Numbered from the stretch's first letter, positions 26,741 to 50,518 are shown. The stretch is DNA of 64,000 nucleotides from the human T2T-CHM13v2.0 reference genome, Homo sapiens (GCF_009914755.1 NC_060940.1); one strand, 5' to 3'. The notes: a model not told the origin generated them from the letters alone. Numbers and translations are program-made.

Positions 26741-27522
26741 GAAAACCCAAAGCCAGGGAGATTTTAATGCCAACCACCTAGATCCAAACTCAGCCACTCC
26801 ACGGACCCTCCCTGACGCTGCTGGGAGCCAGACACCACAGGGAAGCAGGGGCAAAAACTGACCCTCACGCAGTGTCCGCCTCCAGGGAACTGTGGAACAC
26901 ATCGCAGAGAGCTCAAGCGCCACGTTTGGATCCCTGAGCAGCTGTCACAAGCCTGCACACAGGACTGGGGGGCCTGCTGCGGGAGCCCAAAGGGAAAGGG
27001 AGAATTTCCAAGGCTGCATCCAGCTCCATCAGGCCCAGTGAATTTCCACACAGCCCGGGTCACCACGCTGTTATGAAATCAAATTCCTTCTGTGACCCCT
27101 AGTATGTACCGGTAAATCCAGCTGGAGGGCGGGAATTCCCTAGCTGCTGCTGTGCTTTTGACAATTTTTCAAGAGCAGGACACTCGCTGTACACAATAAT
27201 CACTGAACATTGAATATGAAGGTGTCGGCTCTAACGTGGCCTCAGCTCGAGGTTCAGGGGAAAGAGAAACAGTCCAGCAGTCAGAGGCCCTTGGGTAAGT
27301 CCTTTCCCATCTCTGGGCTCAGTTTCCGAATCTGCAAAGTGGGGCAGCTGGGTGGGCATCACTTGGCACCTGCGCAGGGCTGGTGATGGGGGTATGAGAT
27401 GAAGTAGGGAGAAGCCTAACTCAGGACGCCACTCAACACCACACAGCCGGGAGGGACAGCAGCAGCCCTGGATCGGTTTGACTCAGGTCCCATGGGGTTT
27501 TCAAATTTAGATTTGAAGCATG

Positions 27523-28063
<541 letters not shown>

Positions 28064-28721
28064 TAAACATCCCAGGGGGTTTCCTCAAAATCCAGGTTTC
28101 CAGCTGCTCATGGAAAGAAATGAAGCTCTCACAACCTTCAACCTCAGTTTGCCCCCCCAGTCCCCTCATTTATAGGAGTCTTCAACCTACATCACCCAAA
28201 AATCCCACCGCACCCCCCGAACCGCCTTCAAGCATAGCCACCCAAGAACCAGGCCCGACTGCTCAGAGGAGAAGGGATGCCCCATCCCTGAAATGTCAGA
28301 ACCCCTCCCCAGACATTGCTGCACTCTCCCGTTGGGCCTCAGTTCTGTCGGGCTGGGAAGCTGGTGGCTGGCTTGCCTTCTGGAGGAGGTGGCATCCTAC
28401 CTCCTGTCCCTTCTCTCAGCTACAGCCGCGGCCAAGGAGGAACTCCTGAGTCCGGGGAGCCCCCACCTCAAAAAGGCCCCAGCTGCTGGCCTGGGGGCCA
28501 GGGCCCCCGCATGACCTACCAGCACAGGTCATAGAGTCCTAGAATGTTCAACGCCCAGAGTTCCAGGAAAGAGGCTGGCCCTGGGAGGGGAGGGCCCTGT
28601 CCAGGCCTCCCAGGACAGCAGATGGGAGCAGTGGCCTCGCAACTCCACAGTTAGAGACACTGCCCTGCCTTGTTCTATCCAAAGTCTCCCTCCCTCCTTT
28701 CTCCTGGAGTCAAGCATAGCT

Positions 28722-28917
<196 letters not shown>

Positions 28918-28929
28918 TGACTTCTAATC

Positions 28930-29540
28930 CTACCCCTTGCCTGCTGTGTGGTCTTCTACAAGTTACTTAATCTCTCTGGGCCTCAGTTTCCACATCTGGA
29001 AAATGGGAATTATAATAGTCCCGATTTCACACCATCAGGCTGAACTGAAAACAAAATAATACACACTAAGCACTGGGCACACTGTCCGCCCAGGTCCAGT
29101 GAGCAGTAATTGTCAGCTACGACTGTTGTTATAATTGTCATCATAAAGGCACTCAACAGACACGTGCCCAATACCGAGCCCTGTTCAAGGCCCCAGAGAC
29201 AAAGGGCTGAACTTGAAGCCAGAGAATAAACAGTTAAATAAACATAAACCAGATCATTACAGATCCCAAAAGGGCTGTAAAGAAACAGACAGAAGGGGAT
29301 AGGGGGAGAAGGGTGGGAATACACACGCTAATCAGGGTGCCTGCAGGACCCTGAACAGCAAGAAAGGGGTAGCCATTTGCAAAACGGAGGGAGGCTGTTC
29401 CAGGTATAGGGAACAGCCTGTGCAAAGGCCCTGAGGGCCCGGGTGGGACTGAGGCCAGTGGGGAAACCATGTGATGGGTGGGGGACTAGGAATGGGAGGC
29501 AGGAAAGGCGGTGGAAAGGGTAGGGCCCGCTCAGGAATCA
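28930..29540. mobile_element. MIR and L2 remnants
   Basis: ctctgggcctcagtttccacatctggaaaatggg (MIR core); aacagcctgtgcaaaggccctgagg (L2). Confidence 0.7.
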
Positions 29541-29849
29541 TGCCGCGTCATCATCATCATCACTGTCATTGTCACCATCGTCATCCTCCTTGCATCTTCC
29601 ATTTGTCACACCCATTTTCCCCTGGGTGAATGGCACAGACCCAAAATGGGGGCCCCCTTCTTTCTCCACCCAAGCCCCCTCAACACCCCAAGTGCACCCA
29701 ATCCTTCAGAGATGCCACTGGAAGCTCATGGCCTGTAGGGGTGAGGAGTCTGAGGGCAGCACAGGGCCCCTCTGTGTCCCAAGGGCCCAGCACAGGCACT
29801 GGCACAGAGCAGGGTCTCCAGACGGTCCAGGAATGGCCACAAGGATGGC

Positions 29850-30149
29850 TTTTTTTTTTTTTTTTTTTTTTTTTTCAGATAGGATCTCACTTGGTCACTT
29901 AGGCTGGAATGCAGTGGCGCGATCATGGCTCACTGAAGCCTCTCAACCTCCTGGGCTCAGGTGATCCGCCCACCCCAGCCTCCTGGGTTGTGGGACTACG
30001 GCCACGTGCCACCACAACCAGCTCATTTTTTGTAGAGACAGGGTTTCAATATGTTGCCCAGGCTGGTCTTAAACTCCTGGGCTCAAGCGATCGGCGCACC
30101 TTGGCTTCCCAAAGTGCTGGGATTACAGGCGTGAGCCACCACACCCAGC
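29850..30149 (-). mobile_element. Alu (J-type)
   Basis: Alu dimer with long T tail. Confidence 0.9.
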
Positions 30150-30844
30150 TTCCAAGCCTCATTCTTTGCCAGCATTAGGACCCAAAGCCCCAGCTGGCTG
30201 CCACTGCATTGGTGTGCACTCAGCACCATGCCCAGCCCAGCAGGAGGTGGCTACATTCCTGCTCACCTGATAGTGGAAGAAACTGAGGCACGGAGCAGAC
30301 GTGACTAGGGGCGGGGGCAGTGCCAACTGGGAGACCCAGGAGCTTTATCCAGCCTCTCATGGCCCATCTGGGCTGAAGCCAAGCTGGGGTGGCCAGAGTA
30401 GGCCTGGCCAAGGGCCACTCACTCCCCAGTAGGCCCAGCAGAGAGGAGTGAATGGCCTCAGTGCGGGGGAGGGCCGGGCAAAGTCCAGCTGGAAAGAAAA
30501 CAACTGGGGGGCGGGTAACCAGGCACCCAGAAGCCAGCTCTGAGGCCCTGGCCAGCCTCTGCTGTGTCCCCTCCACAATACACACATACACAAGGATGGG
30601 GCCACACAGCAGCCCCGCCCACCAGCACAGTCCCAGCTTCCAGCCAGCCACTGCTCTCCCAGCAATACCAGGCATGGCCTTGGAGTGTCCCCAGCAGAAG
30701 ACAGGGCCTGCCCTCTGTGACTAGCCTTCAGCTCCCCACAGCTGGGGGAGGGAGGAAGGCTGCAAACAGATCCGCCACTCAGATGAGCTTCTGGCCTGCA
30801 ACAAACTTCGACCAAATGTCACGCCCAAGGTGTCATGACTGCCA

Positions 30845-31025
30845 GGCTGCATGTACATGTGTGCTCGTTTGTGCACAGGTATGTAGGTGTATGCACATGT
30901 GTATGTGTGTGCTGTGTGTATACGCATGTGTACACATACATATGTGCCCACACATGGCTGTCTCTGCATCTGAGCGCATACACGTGTATGCATGCGTGAA
31001 CTTGTTGCCGTCTGTATGCACACGT
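30845..31025. repeat. Degenerate (TG/CA/TA)n purine-pyrimidine tract
   Basis: tgtatgcacatgtgtatgtgtgtg...gtgtacacatacatatgtg. Confidence 0.75.
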
Positions 31026-31850
31026 CCATGGAGCGGGGAGCCTCACCTCACCGCACAGCACGCTGGCACCTGTGCTGCCACAGGGGACCTTGATGAACTC
31101 TGCCACTTCCTATTGAACCAACAGATAAGGGAGTGGGACAGACCATGACTACCACCACCACAGCAGTGTCCTGGGGCCATTCTGCTTACTACTTTACAAC
31201 ACTTCACACAGCCCAGCTCATTCTATCCCCATTTCACTAATGGGAGAACGGAGACACAAAGAGTCAAGTAACTTGCCCAGGGTCGCCCGGCTAACAAAGA
31301 CCCTGGTGAAATACGGAGTAAGTCAGACAGCAGAAATGCTACGGAGAAAAAGCCAGCAGGGTAAGGGGGAGAGGCTGCACCAGGAGGTGCCCAGCTGGCC
31401 ATGCACCCCCTTCCCCAGTCAGCCCCCAGGCTCTGATGAGTGCCCGGCCAAGGGAGGGAGCCCAGGGTGGTGGGGGCAGGAAGCCACGCCCACCCTGACT
31501 GCCCCAGGGATGGGTGTGTCGGCTGGGAGAAGGGGGCCTCGGCCGAAAATAGCCTGGGAATTTTCCGTAGGCTCTGCAGCTCCTCCTGGAAGGTTCTGGA
31601 GTTCAGCTGGGTACCAAGACTCTGGCTTTCCCAGCCCCTGCTCAGCCTGCCCGCATGTCTGGAGACTTACGGCCCAATCATGCAGCCCCCATTACCCACT
31701 CCCCAACTTCCTGCCCTCCTGGCCTGAAAACCCACCACCCACATCAATGGGAGCCAAGCAGCCCTGTGCTTACTGCAAGGAGGGCTTTAGCAGTGCTATC
31801 AGCCATTTACACTCTAGTAAGAGGGAGCTCATTGAAGGAGACTCCATTCA

Positions 31851-32146
31851 TTTTTGTTTTTGTGAGACAGAATCTCCCTCTGTTGCCCAGGATGGAGTGC
31901 AGTGGCACAATCTCAGCTCACTGCAGACCCCCGCCCCCCAGGTTCAAGCGATTCTCCTGCCTTAGCCTCCCGAGTAGCTGGGACTACAGGCATGTACCAC
32001 CACACCCAGCCAATTGTTGTATTTTTAGTAGAGACGGGGTTTCACCATTTTAGCCAATCTGGTCTCGGACTCCTGACCTCTCATGATTTACCCGCTTCAG
32101 CCTCCCAAAGTCCTCGGATTACAGGCATGAGCCACCGTGCCCAGCC
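31851..32146 (-). mobile_element. Alu
   Basis: Dimer, TSD aga(c/t)tccattc. Confidence 0.9.
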
Positions 32147-32599
32147 AGAGATTCCATTCTTAATAGCTTCAGCCCCTTTATTGAAGACAGGATGATAGAA
32201 GGCAGAGGGATAAGAGTTCAAGTCAGACACCTCACTCTTGGCAAAGCGAGAACCTCTCCAAGCCTGCTCTGCAAAATGAGGGTGTCTTGAGCCTTCCATG
32301 GGATGCTGGCTGGGGAAGGCCAGGGTTGGGCATGGTGTTGGGGCAGCTTCCAGCCCGGAGCCAGCCCACTGCTGGCAGGTGTGGTGGGTAGTGGCCCGCA
32401 CTATGGGGATGGGGCAGGCTGTAGTGCTTTCATACACCCTACAGCCACTGTCCACAGACTTCTGCGTCAGGCCCTGTTGGGGGATTACAAACATCAACTA
32501 CATGCACGTAAACATCGACCCAACAGGGGAGGCACTTTTAGCAGCCCTGTTTTACAGATGAGGAAACTAAGGCACAGAGTTAAGCCAGTGATTCTACTT

Positions 32600-33020
<421 letters not shown>

Positions 33021-35069
33021 AGCTGTCCCTGACCCAGGGAACACGGCAGTAGCCGGGCTACACTGGCCCATCTCACAGCCCAAGGCTTAACAGTGCAGGA
33101 GGTGGAAGGGAAATGGCGCAGGGATCGGGGTGAGACTCTAGCAGAGTAGCGAAGTTACCTTAGTGCACCTGGGTTCCTCCTTTGTAAACAGACAGAGACA
33201 CTGAGCTGACCCATCCCAGTCTCCAGCGCAGCTGAGCCCCAGCCTGGGAGAACTGCCGGCACGTGGGCCGAGAGGCGGGGCGGGTCAGCTGAGCCCAGAT
33301 AGAAGGGTCCCTGGAAGCGATAGAGGCCGAGAACGAGCCAGAGGTTGACGCAGCAGCGTCAGGCTGGCCTAGCCACATTCCCCTCCATTGTTCCGGGGAG
33401 AGCGGGGGGTCTGGCGAGGGAGGAGCAGAGAGAGAGGAGGGGGAGGGACACGAAGGGATGGGGGTTGGAGTGTCCAGGGGGAGGGACGGGAGGCAAAGGG
33501 GAGGGGGCAGCCAGGCCGGAGTCAGCCCTCCGCTGGCTAAGGACCTGAAGCCAACAGTCACAGAGAAGTGCAAACAGGCGGGCAGGGAAGGTGCAGCCCG
33601 GCGCCTACGTCTGCCCAGAGCCCCCTCCCAGGCCCCGCCAAGCTGGGAATAGCTCTTCCGCCCTCAGGAGCCCCTGAGTGCTGGGAAGAGGCCGGAAACC
33701 CGAGGAGTGTACCGGGAACCCAAGGGGGCCTCCAACATTGCCATTGCCTGTGCCCCCATTAGCACCCCTGGACGGCCTCGACCGGACGGGCGACCCCACC
33801 CAGCAGGGAGACGGTCACCCCACCGCCACCACCCACCTGGGACCCTGCGCCCGCCCCAGTTCTCAGCCTGGACTGCCCCTCCTGCGGGAAGCCCAAGCCC
33901 TCCTTCTCAACAAGAACCCTACTCTACACGCCTCCCCCACTCAATCCCTCCATCCTTCCCTCCATTCTCGGGGGGCTTTGGCTCAGACCTGAGATTGAGC
34001 CCTGACTGGTCCCCACTCCCTCTGTGACCCCTGCCAGGCGATTTCACCGCCCCACCCGAGTTTCCTCATCTGTCAAAGGGGACAGGAGCGGTGCTGCGTC
34101 GCAGGGCTCGGACGCTGTGCAGATGGTGCCGCGAAAATGCCAAGCGCACGGCGGGCTCAGTCCACAATAGTGCGGCTGATGGTGGAAGTGTCAGGCACGG
34201 GCCCATCTGAAATCACCTTCCCTCCCATTCCTGCCCCTGCTGATGGAACACAAACCAAATGCGCTGGCTTTGCCACTCGGTGGAACAAAGACCGATCCCC
34301 TACCTAGGGGACCCACCGTCAACCACCCTCAACCCCACCCCATGGCCCCACGCCAGGCCTAGCTCAGCTCATTGAAAACATCTACTCCCAGCCGGGCTCT
34401 GCGCCTCTTTCTTGCCCTGAAGGGACCAGCATCGAGAACTCACGGTCATCACCGAGGCCACCCAGGGAGTGCAGAGGGCGGTGGGGTCTCCAAGGAGGAC
34501 CCCGAGCCCAGAGGAGGGCCAAAGGCCCGAAGGGAGGGAGAACAGAGGCAGAGAGAGGCTGGAGAAGGTAGTGGCGGAAGATAACAGGAAGCCCTGCTGA
34601 GAAGTTGGGGACTTAGACGACAATGGGACTTCGGTGGACGATTTTCAGCGTGGGGTAGATCTAAGCGGATTGTTTTTCTAAGTTCCCTCTGGCTTCAGAG
34701 TGGCAGCAAATGACAGGGGCAAGCAAGACTGGGCACAGAGAGACTGAGAAATATCAAAACAGCAAGTTAAAAAACAGTAGCTTACGTGTCTCCCGGCACG
34801 GGGCTAGCTGCCTCCTTTTACTCTCACACACCCTCTCATGCCAGAAGAAGTCAGAGCCCAGTCTGCAGATGGGGAAACTGAGGCTCCGAGAGGCCTCCTA
34901 TTTGGCAGAGATTTCCCCACCTATTAAGACCCAAGGCCCTGCCTGGAGCGGGACGTCTCCGCCTCCCCCAGCACACACATCCACTCCAACCCCAGAAAAC
35001 CATAGGGCCGGAGGCTTCCTTTTTAAAAATCAAAAAAGAACATTTCACTTCCGGCCTGCAAACCTGAAC

Positions 35070-36100
35070 CGCCAGCGCAGCCTGCGGAAAGGGGGCCTGT
35101 GGGCGCGGGTGAAGTTTTTCTCCAGCGCCTAGGGCACCCCCACCCCCATCCGGGCGCAAACACCCGGGCCCAGCGCGCCCGGCGGCTCCTCCTCCCCCAG
35201 ATGCGGCTAATCGCGCGGCGCCAGGACGGCTCCCCACCTCCCCCGCCGGGCCTGGCCGCCGTCCCAACCTCGAGCCACAGCTGGCGCGGCCAGGCCCGGC
35301 GGGGGGTGGCTCTGCTTCCCGCGTGCGACGCCCCCCGCGCCTCGCCCCACCGCCCGGCGAGTCCCCCGTCCAGGGCTCCCGCCCAAAGGCAAAAGCAGCG
35401 GGGAGGGCGGGAAGAGCTTCCCCTGCACGCAGAGAACAGGTGGCCAGGCGGGAAGTACTACCCGACGTCCGCCTAGAATCCTTGCCGCTGTTGCCACACC
35501 CACCCCTTCCCCTGGGGAGGAGCAACCCGCGTTCCCCAAACAGGCCCCGAGAAACCCAGCCCGGAGCCCTCCTCTGCCGAGCTAGAAGACCCTGCAGGAT
35601 GGGGGACGATGGAGGCAGAGGAGGCCGAGGCCCCACCCCTGCGGCTCCCGGGGCCGCGGGCCAGGGGCGCCTATCCTGGGGTCCCCGAGAAGAGCTCCCT
35701 ACCCTGCAATCCGTTCTGCTCCGCCAGCCGCTTCGCTCCGACTGAGAGCGCGGAGCTGGGGAGGGGGCGTGGCCCGAGGGGGGGTGGGGCGCCGATCCCC
35801 GCCCCCAGGAGCTCCCGGCCAATGGGGCTGCGGGAGGGAGCCCGGGACGGTGGGGGCGGGCGGGGCGGGAGTGGCCCGGACAGGACCTTTGTGTCCGCGC
35901 CTTAGACTGGCGGGAGAGCGGAACGCAGAGCGCGGGACGTAGGGGCCGGGGCGGGGCGGGGCGGGGCGGAGCTGGGCTGCACCCACCAGCAGAAAACGCC
36001 CCTGCAAAGTGGGGGAACTGTGTCCCTGCGCCCGTGCAGTTCCTTCCCCTCGCCACGCGCGCCAGGTGCGGCTCCCACCTGCCTTTGGCTCTAGAATCTG
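35070..36100. promoter_or_regulatory. CpG-island promoter of CARHSP1
   Basis: Very GC/CpG rich; CCAAT at 35819-35823; clustered GGGCGG boxes at 35853-35870 and 35948-35969. Confidence 0.9.
35703..35760 (-). other. CARHSP1: CARHSP1 non-coding first exon (probable)
   Basis: Directly downstream of the GC/CCAAT boxes; donor CAGG|GTAGGG at 35702. TSS approximate. Confidence 0.7.
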
Positions 36101-36682
36101 TATAATCCCGGAGGGTGTCACTTTTAGCAGAAAGGAAATAAAGGAATGAAAAGAGAGACGGAAGAAAACAAGCAAAAAACAGAAAGGAGGAAAAGGGAAA
36201 GAAAAAATACACACGCACACACACACCAGAAAAACAGGGTTTTGTTTTCTCGTTGGGGATTTTGATTTTGTTCTCTTCTCTTGTTTCATTTCTAGCCTTC
36301 CTTGAGTCCTCTGTTTTTGGAGGTAAAAAATGTTACCTCTGTTTTGCAGGAGAGGAAACTGAGGCACAGAGAGGCGACCAGCCCATGGGCACGGCCAGTC
36401 GAGAGCAGCCCCTGAAGGCGAGCCTAGATCCCGGGACCAGGGTCAGCTTGGTATTTGAGGGGCGCGGGGAAGGAGAGAGGTCCCCGGAGCTCGCCCGGGA
36501 CAACAGGGCCCCCGGAGGCGGCGGTGAGGACTGTGCCTGCCTCACTCTGCAGCCCCTATTGGGGCCACTGGGGAAAAGGCCCAGCAGCGAAACCAACTAG
36601 TCCAAGCCAGGCAAGGAACCGTCCTAGACGGCTGGTGGGAACAACCGCGCAGCTGCTGTGGAAAAAGCCCGGCGGTTCCTCA

Positions 36683-39839
<3,157 letters not shown>

Positions 39840-40078
39840 CTATCCACATCACACGCCCGAGTGGTACATTTGTTACAGTGGGTGAACCTACACTGACACG
39901 TCATCGCCCAGAATCCGTGGTTTAAATGCGGGTCACTCCTGGAGCTGTACGTTCTATTTGTTTGAACAAATGTATAATGGCATGGATCTCCCATTACAGT
40001 GTCATACAGAGTTCTTTCACTCCCTGAAAAATCCTGTTTTCCAACAGCTTTATTGAGATATAACTGACATCCAATTAA

Positions 40079-43700
<3,622 letters not shown>

Positions 43701-44123
43701 TTAGATTGCTTCTTAATCTTGGCTGTTGTGAATGGTGCTGCGGGGAACGTGGGCAGGAGAGTTATTGTCCCATTCTACAGATGGGGAAATGAGGCTCGGA
43801 TCAGCTCCCCCCAAACCATGCAGCAATTGCGGGCCAGGCTAGGACTGGAACCTGGGCCCCTGTGCTGCCCCACTGCGCCCCCCACAAGCCGTGTAGATGA
43901 AGCCCCCTCCCCAGGAAGCATCCTTCTGCCAGGGGTCTCAGAGAAGAGGGGGCTGGGACCTCAGGCTCTGGACACACTTGCTTCCCCTGTACAGTGTCCA
44001 TGCTCTCTGTTAGGGCCACTTCCTTCTGGACAGTCACCTCCTGTCTTTGGCCCAATCCCCGCCACTGTTCCTCTGCACAGTAGACTCGGGGGTCCTGTCA
44101 GAACAGCAAGTGGATCTTGGCAC

Positions 44124-44233
44124 TTTCTTTTTTTTTTTTTTTTCCAAGACGGAGTCTTGCCGAGATTGCGCCACTGCACTCCAGCCTGGGTGACAGAGCA
44201 AGACTCCATCTCAAGAAAAAAAAAAAAAAGAAG
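44124..44233. mobile_element. Fusion of two inverted Alu 3' ends
   Basis: T tract + agacggagtcttgc joined to cgagattgcgccactgcact...gcaagactccatctc + A tract. Confidence 0.8.
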
Positions 44234-44368
44234 AATGTGTCTGGCATCTGTTTCCTTCACTAAAATGTGGGCTTCTTGGGGTAAGTAAGCACCTCATCTG
44301 CCTTGCTCAGTTTTGTGTGCCTGGCATATATTAGGTGCTCAATAAATGCACGTTAAAGAATGAGGGCG

Positions 44369-44760
<392 letters not shown>

Positions 44761-45783
44761 TCACATCCACACCCTGAGGCTTTCTCAATCTGGAGATAGC
44801 CCTTCCTCCTCCACCAGGCAGACCTCCAGGCTCTGAGGGAACGGGACGCAGGGATGGATAGATGGACAGACGGCAGCTGCTGGGGAAGAAATGGCCCTGA
44901 AACACCCTCTTCCCTTCAGCTGGGGGTCCTCCATCAGTTCCTGGGAACGAGAATTCCTCCCCCTACTTTTCTCTCCCTGAGTAAGCAATGTGGCTGGAGT
45001 AGGGAGGGTGGTGCCTACAGCAGCCCCTATACCTCATTCACCCCCATCCTGCCCGACCCATCCACTCCCCACCACAAGCTGGCAGGTAAGGCAGTCTGGG
45101 AGGTTAGCAGAACCGGAAATTCAACCCAGAGAGGTTAGGGGATGCCCCAGTATGACCCAGCAAGTCCCCACCCTAGGACTCCAGGGTCCACATGCAGATG
45201 AGATATATGGGACCCCACTGCTGAGCCAGAGTGAGGAAGGCAGGGTTCTGGGGGCAGCCAGCCCCTCCCCAGGCAGGAACAAGCCACTGCCCCATCTCCA
45301 GGCCCCTCTGTAATCCAGGCCCCTCTGTAACCCAACCCCCCACACGGATTGTGCAATAATTACAGGTACAGCTCATTCCTCCAATTCCTTCTTCCTTATT
45401 ATCTCATCGCCTCTGCTCAAGCTGGGCCCTTCTGGGAAAAGAAGATGAGTAGGAAGGAAAAAATGTCCCATCTCCTTTTCCCATAAACAGCCCTGGCCAC
45501 AGAGTCTTCCTCATTGCACAAAAGAAAGCGTAGCCCAGAGACGGGAGTCCGGTGCCCTAAATCACATAGCAGGAAAGGCCCCACACGGGACTCCCCAGGT
45601 CCCCAGCTGCCAAAACTCCAGGCTCATTGCATTCCTGGGTGGCCTGCCCCCTGCCCTGGCCTTTGTGACTCTGCTAATTGAGTTGATTGTCATGGTTCTT
45701 GTTAATATGTTAATATTAATTGCCAACTTACTGCAAGCTTTCCATGTGCCAAGTATGGAGGTAAGTGCTTCACGTGGATAACT

Positions 45784-46403
<620 letters not shown>

Positions 46404-46514
46404 TCATAACACTCTCAGCAGAAGGTATTATTTTTGCAGGGGAGGAAACTGAGGCTCAGCGAGGAGAAGACACCTGTTCAGAGTCATACAGCTCGGAGAG
46501 AGCCCACAGTTTGA

Positions 46515-46877
<363 letters not shown>

Positions 46878-47354
46878 TGGGGGATGAAGAGGTTTAAAAA
46901 AAAACACAAAAATCCAGTCTTCCAGAAGCCCTGACCCATGCAGCTTCCTGGTGGGGCACTGTGCCCTGGGTGCTGAGGGCCTGGGGTCTAGTTCAGCTCT
47001 CCCGCAGCCGTGCTGTGTGACCTCGGCTGGCTTTGCCACCTTTTCCGGCCGGGCCTGTGGGTTATGGGGTGGGAGAGAGGAGTCCTCGCCCCATGGCAGG
47101 GTTTGGGGCACAGAACCTGAAGAGGGAGAAATTGAGGCGGACTCATGGAAGCCCGGTGCTGCCCCCTGGTGGCGATGGCCGGGAAGGGCAGCGCCAGAGA
47201 GCATCCCCCCATCAGCTCCCTCATCCATTCACCCTCAAGGCTTCCCCAGTTCAGACATCACGCCTGGGGTCCCGACGTGTGTTAGGGGGACCATCGCTTC
47301 AAAATCCCCAGGGAAGGAGGCGGTCCCTAACCCTTCCCAAAATGTGTAACTTCA

Positions 47355-48752
<1,398 letters not shown>

Positions 48753-49230
48753 ACATTCCTAAGAGGACATGAACATGCTACAATTAGATCTTCACATACA
48801 TCTGGTTAGCTCCCTCAGGATAAATTCCTCCAAACAGAATGGCTGGGCTCTAACAGGACTATATTTCAGACCCTTGATCAGTTTCCCCACCCAGCCGTCA
48901 GCAATCTCCCACCCACCCACCATGTGGGGCCGTGGAAACATGGAGCAGGGCCATCTCCAAAGGCTGTTCAAGCCATGCCCACGGGAAGCCCCTGCCCTCC
49001 TCCTGCAGGAAGTGAGGATGAGGCCACAGTGAAGGCACACATCACAATGGCTGTTCTACTGGAGCCAGGCCCAGCAAGAGGTGGACAGGTGTGGCCCCAG
49101 CTCCTCACACCTCCTGGCAACCGGGCCTCCTCATGAGAATTCCTAGAAATAAGCACATGAGCACTCGGAGCTCAGAACACGGTGCTGCCCAGGCACTGTT
49201 GCTGGGACAGAGGCCCTCCAGAGCACCAGG

Positions 49231-49246
49231 ATGGAATCATCCCCGG
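49231..49246 (+). CDS. LITAFD: Candidate LITAFD start exon segment (MESSP)
   Basis: accaggATGG strong Kozak; donor CGG|GTGAGG in phase 1, compatible with the 49946 acceptor. Inferred only. Confidence 0.5.
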
Positions 49247-49670
49247 GTGAGGGCTCCCCTCATTCAGGGGCCAGGGCTGGCAGGGACCGGGAAGAAGTCT
49301 ACTCTGGAGACCGCAGGAAGCAGAGAGGAGACGAGGGTCCCTGTGCTGAGCTGGGGGCTGCCCTCAGTCCTCACCACCCTTCCCCGAAATCCTACTGTCC
49401 CCACCAATCAGGGGGCCACGGAACCCAATAGAGACCATTGGGCAGTGGGGCTTTCAACGTGCTGTATTCTCCCTTAAAGTGTTGCAAGGAAGTTGCCAAA
49501 TGAGACTAATGACTCCCCCACATCAGGTATGACGCTCCTGCCCGTGGCCAGAGACAACCGAGGCTGAGCGTGGAGGCAGCAGGAGGCAGAGGCTGTCCTG
49601 GCCCTGGGGCTGCCTGGCCATGTTGGTGTGGAATTGGGAAAGTTACCGAATCTTTCAGAATCTGTTTTCC

Positions 49671-49871
49671 AAGTGATTCTCCTGCCTCGGCATCCCGAGT
49701 AGCTGGGATTACAGGCGTGCGCCACTGTGCCCGGCTAATTTTTGTATTTGTAGTTGAGATGGGGTTTCACCATGTTGGCCAGACTGGTCTCGAACTCCTG
49801 ATCTCGGGTGCTCTGCTGCCTTGGCCTCCCAAAGTGTTGGGATTACAGGTGTGAGCCACTGCATCCGGGCC
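49671..49871 (-). mobile_element. Partial Alu
   Basis: caagtgattctcctgcctc...ccactgcatccgggcc. Confidence 0.85.
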
Positions 49872-49945
49872 TAAGTTTTGAGCTAAGTCCCTGGCATACA
49901 GTGAGCCCACTGATCTGAGGGTGCTTTTCTTTCTCTCTCCTAAAG

Positions 49946-50022
49946 ATCCTTATCCTGCTGGTCCCCCTCCTCCCTATGGTCCTCCTCACCAGATGTACTT
50001 TGAAGGCCCCCAAGTTGTTCAG
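49946..50022 (+). CDS. LITAFD: LITAFD upstream proline-rich exon (coding if the 50022 donor is used; alternative end 50026)
   Basis: Polypyrimidine tract plus aag acceptor; (D)PYPAGPPPPYGPPHQMYFEGPQVVQ; donors CAG|GTAG|GTGAGT. Confidence 0.62.
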
Positions 50023-50518
50023 GTAGGTGAGTGCCCCTGCCGGCCTTCCCTTGTCGCTTTCTGTCCCCTGCTCGGAGCTGCCCAGAATATTCTCTTTCCT
50101 GACCTCTGGCCAAGACTCTGCCCAAACAGCACATCCTCTGGCAAGTTCTCCTCCCCTGACCCCGTAGCTGTGGGACCCCGCAGCTGGCCAGCTGCCCCTG
50201 CTCCCATGCTGGCTGTGTTGCCAGTGGCCACCGAAGCATCTCTCTCCAGAGGGAAATCACTGGTGGATGGGGCCTGTATACAGTAGGCACTCAGGAAATT
50301 TTTATGGAGTAGACTCCCGTTCTCTACTCTGCAAACACACCACCCCTCAGGCCACAGAGGAGGGGAAGGCCGAGCCCCCCAGGTGGGGCCTGGGTTTTGG
50401 GAATTTAAACAAATTTTCCAAGGAATTCTCAGGCAGTCTCCAGATTCAGAACTGCTGGGTTGGATAGATTCCTGGAGGGCACAGTGAAGATGACGTCACC
50501 ATTGAAAAGCACCCTTTA

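Noticed and set aside
34851-36367. 457-aa and 222-aa ORFs over the CpG island
   Set aside because: Stop-poor GC-rich sequence giving low-complexity R/P/G/A translation with no domain.
44854-45085. ATG-led segment with phase-1 donor CAG|GTAAGG, frame-compatible with the PPPY exon
   Set aside because: 4.9 kb away with no LITAF-like features; 49231 is the simpler start. Not fully excluded.
45298-45330. 17-bp tandem duplication ccaggcccctctgtaa
   Set aside because: Ordinary slippage duplication with no functional context.
46951-47349. ORF containing PSAP, tempting as a LITAF-like TSG101 motif
   Set aside because: No ATG in frame and no good phase-1 donor to join the PPPY exon.
49480-49526. 47-nt candidate cassette exon in LITAFD
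   Set aside because: Inclusion after the MESSP exon breaks the frame; no supporting evidence.
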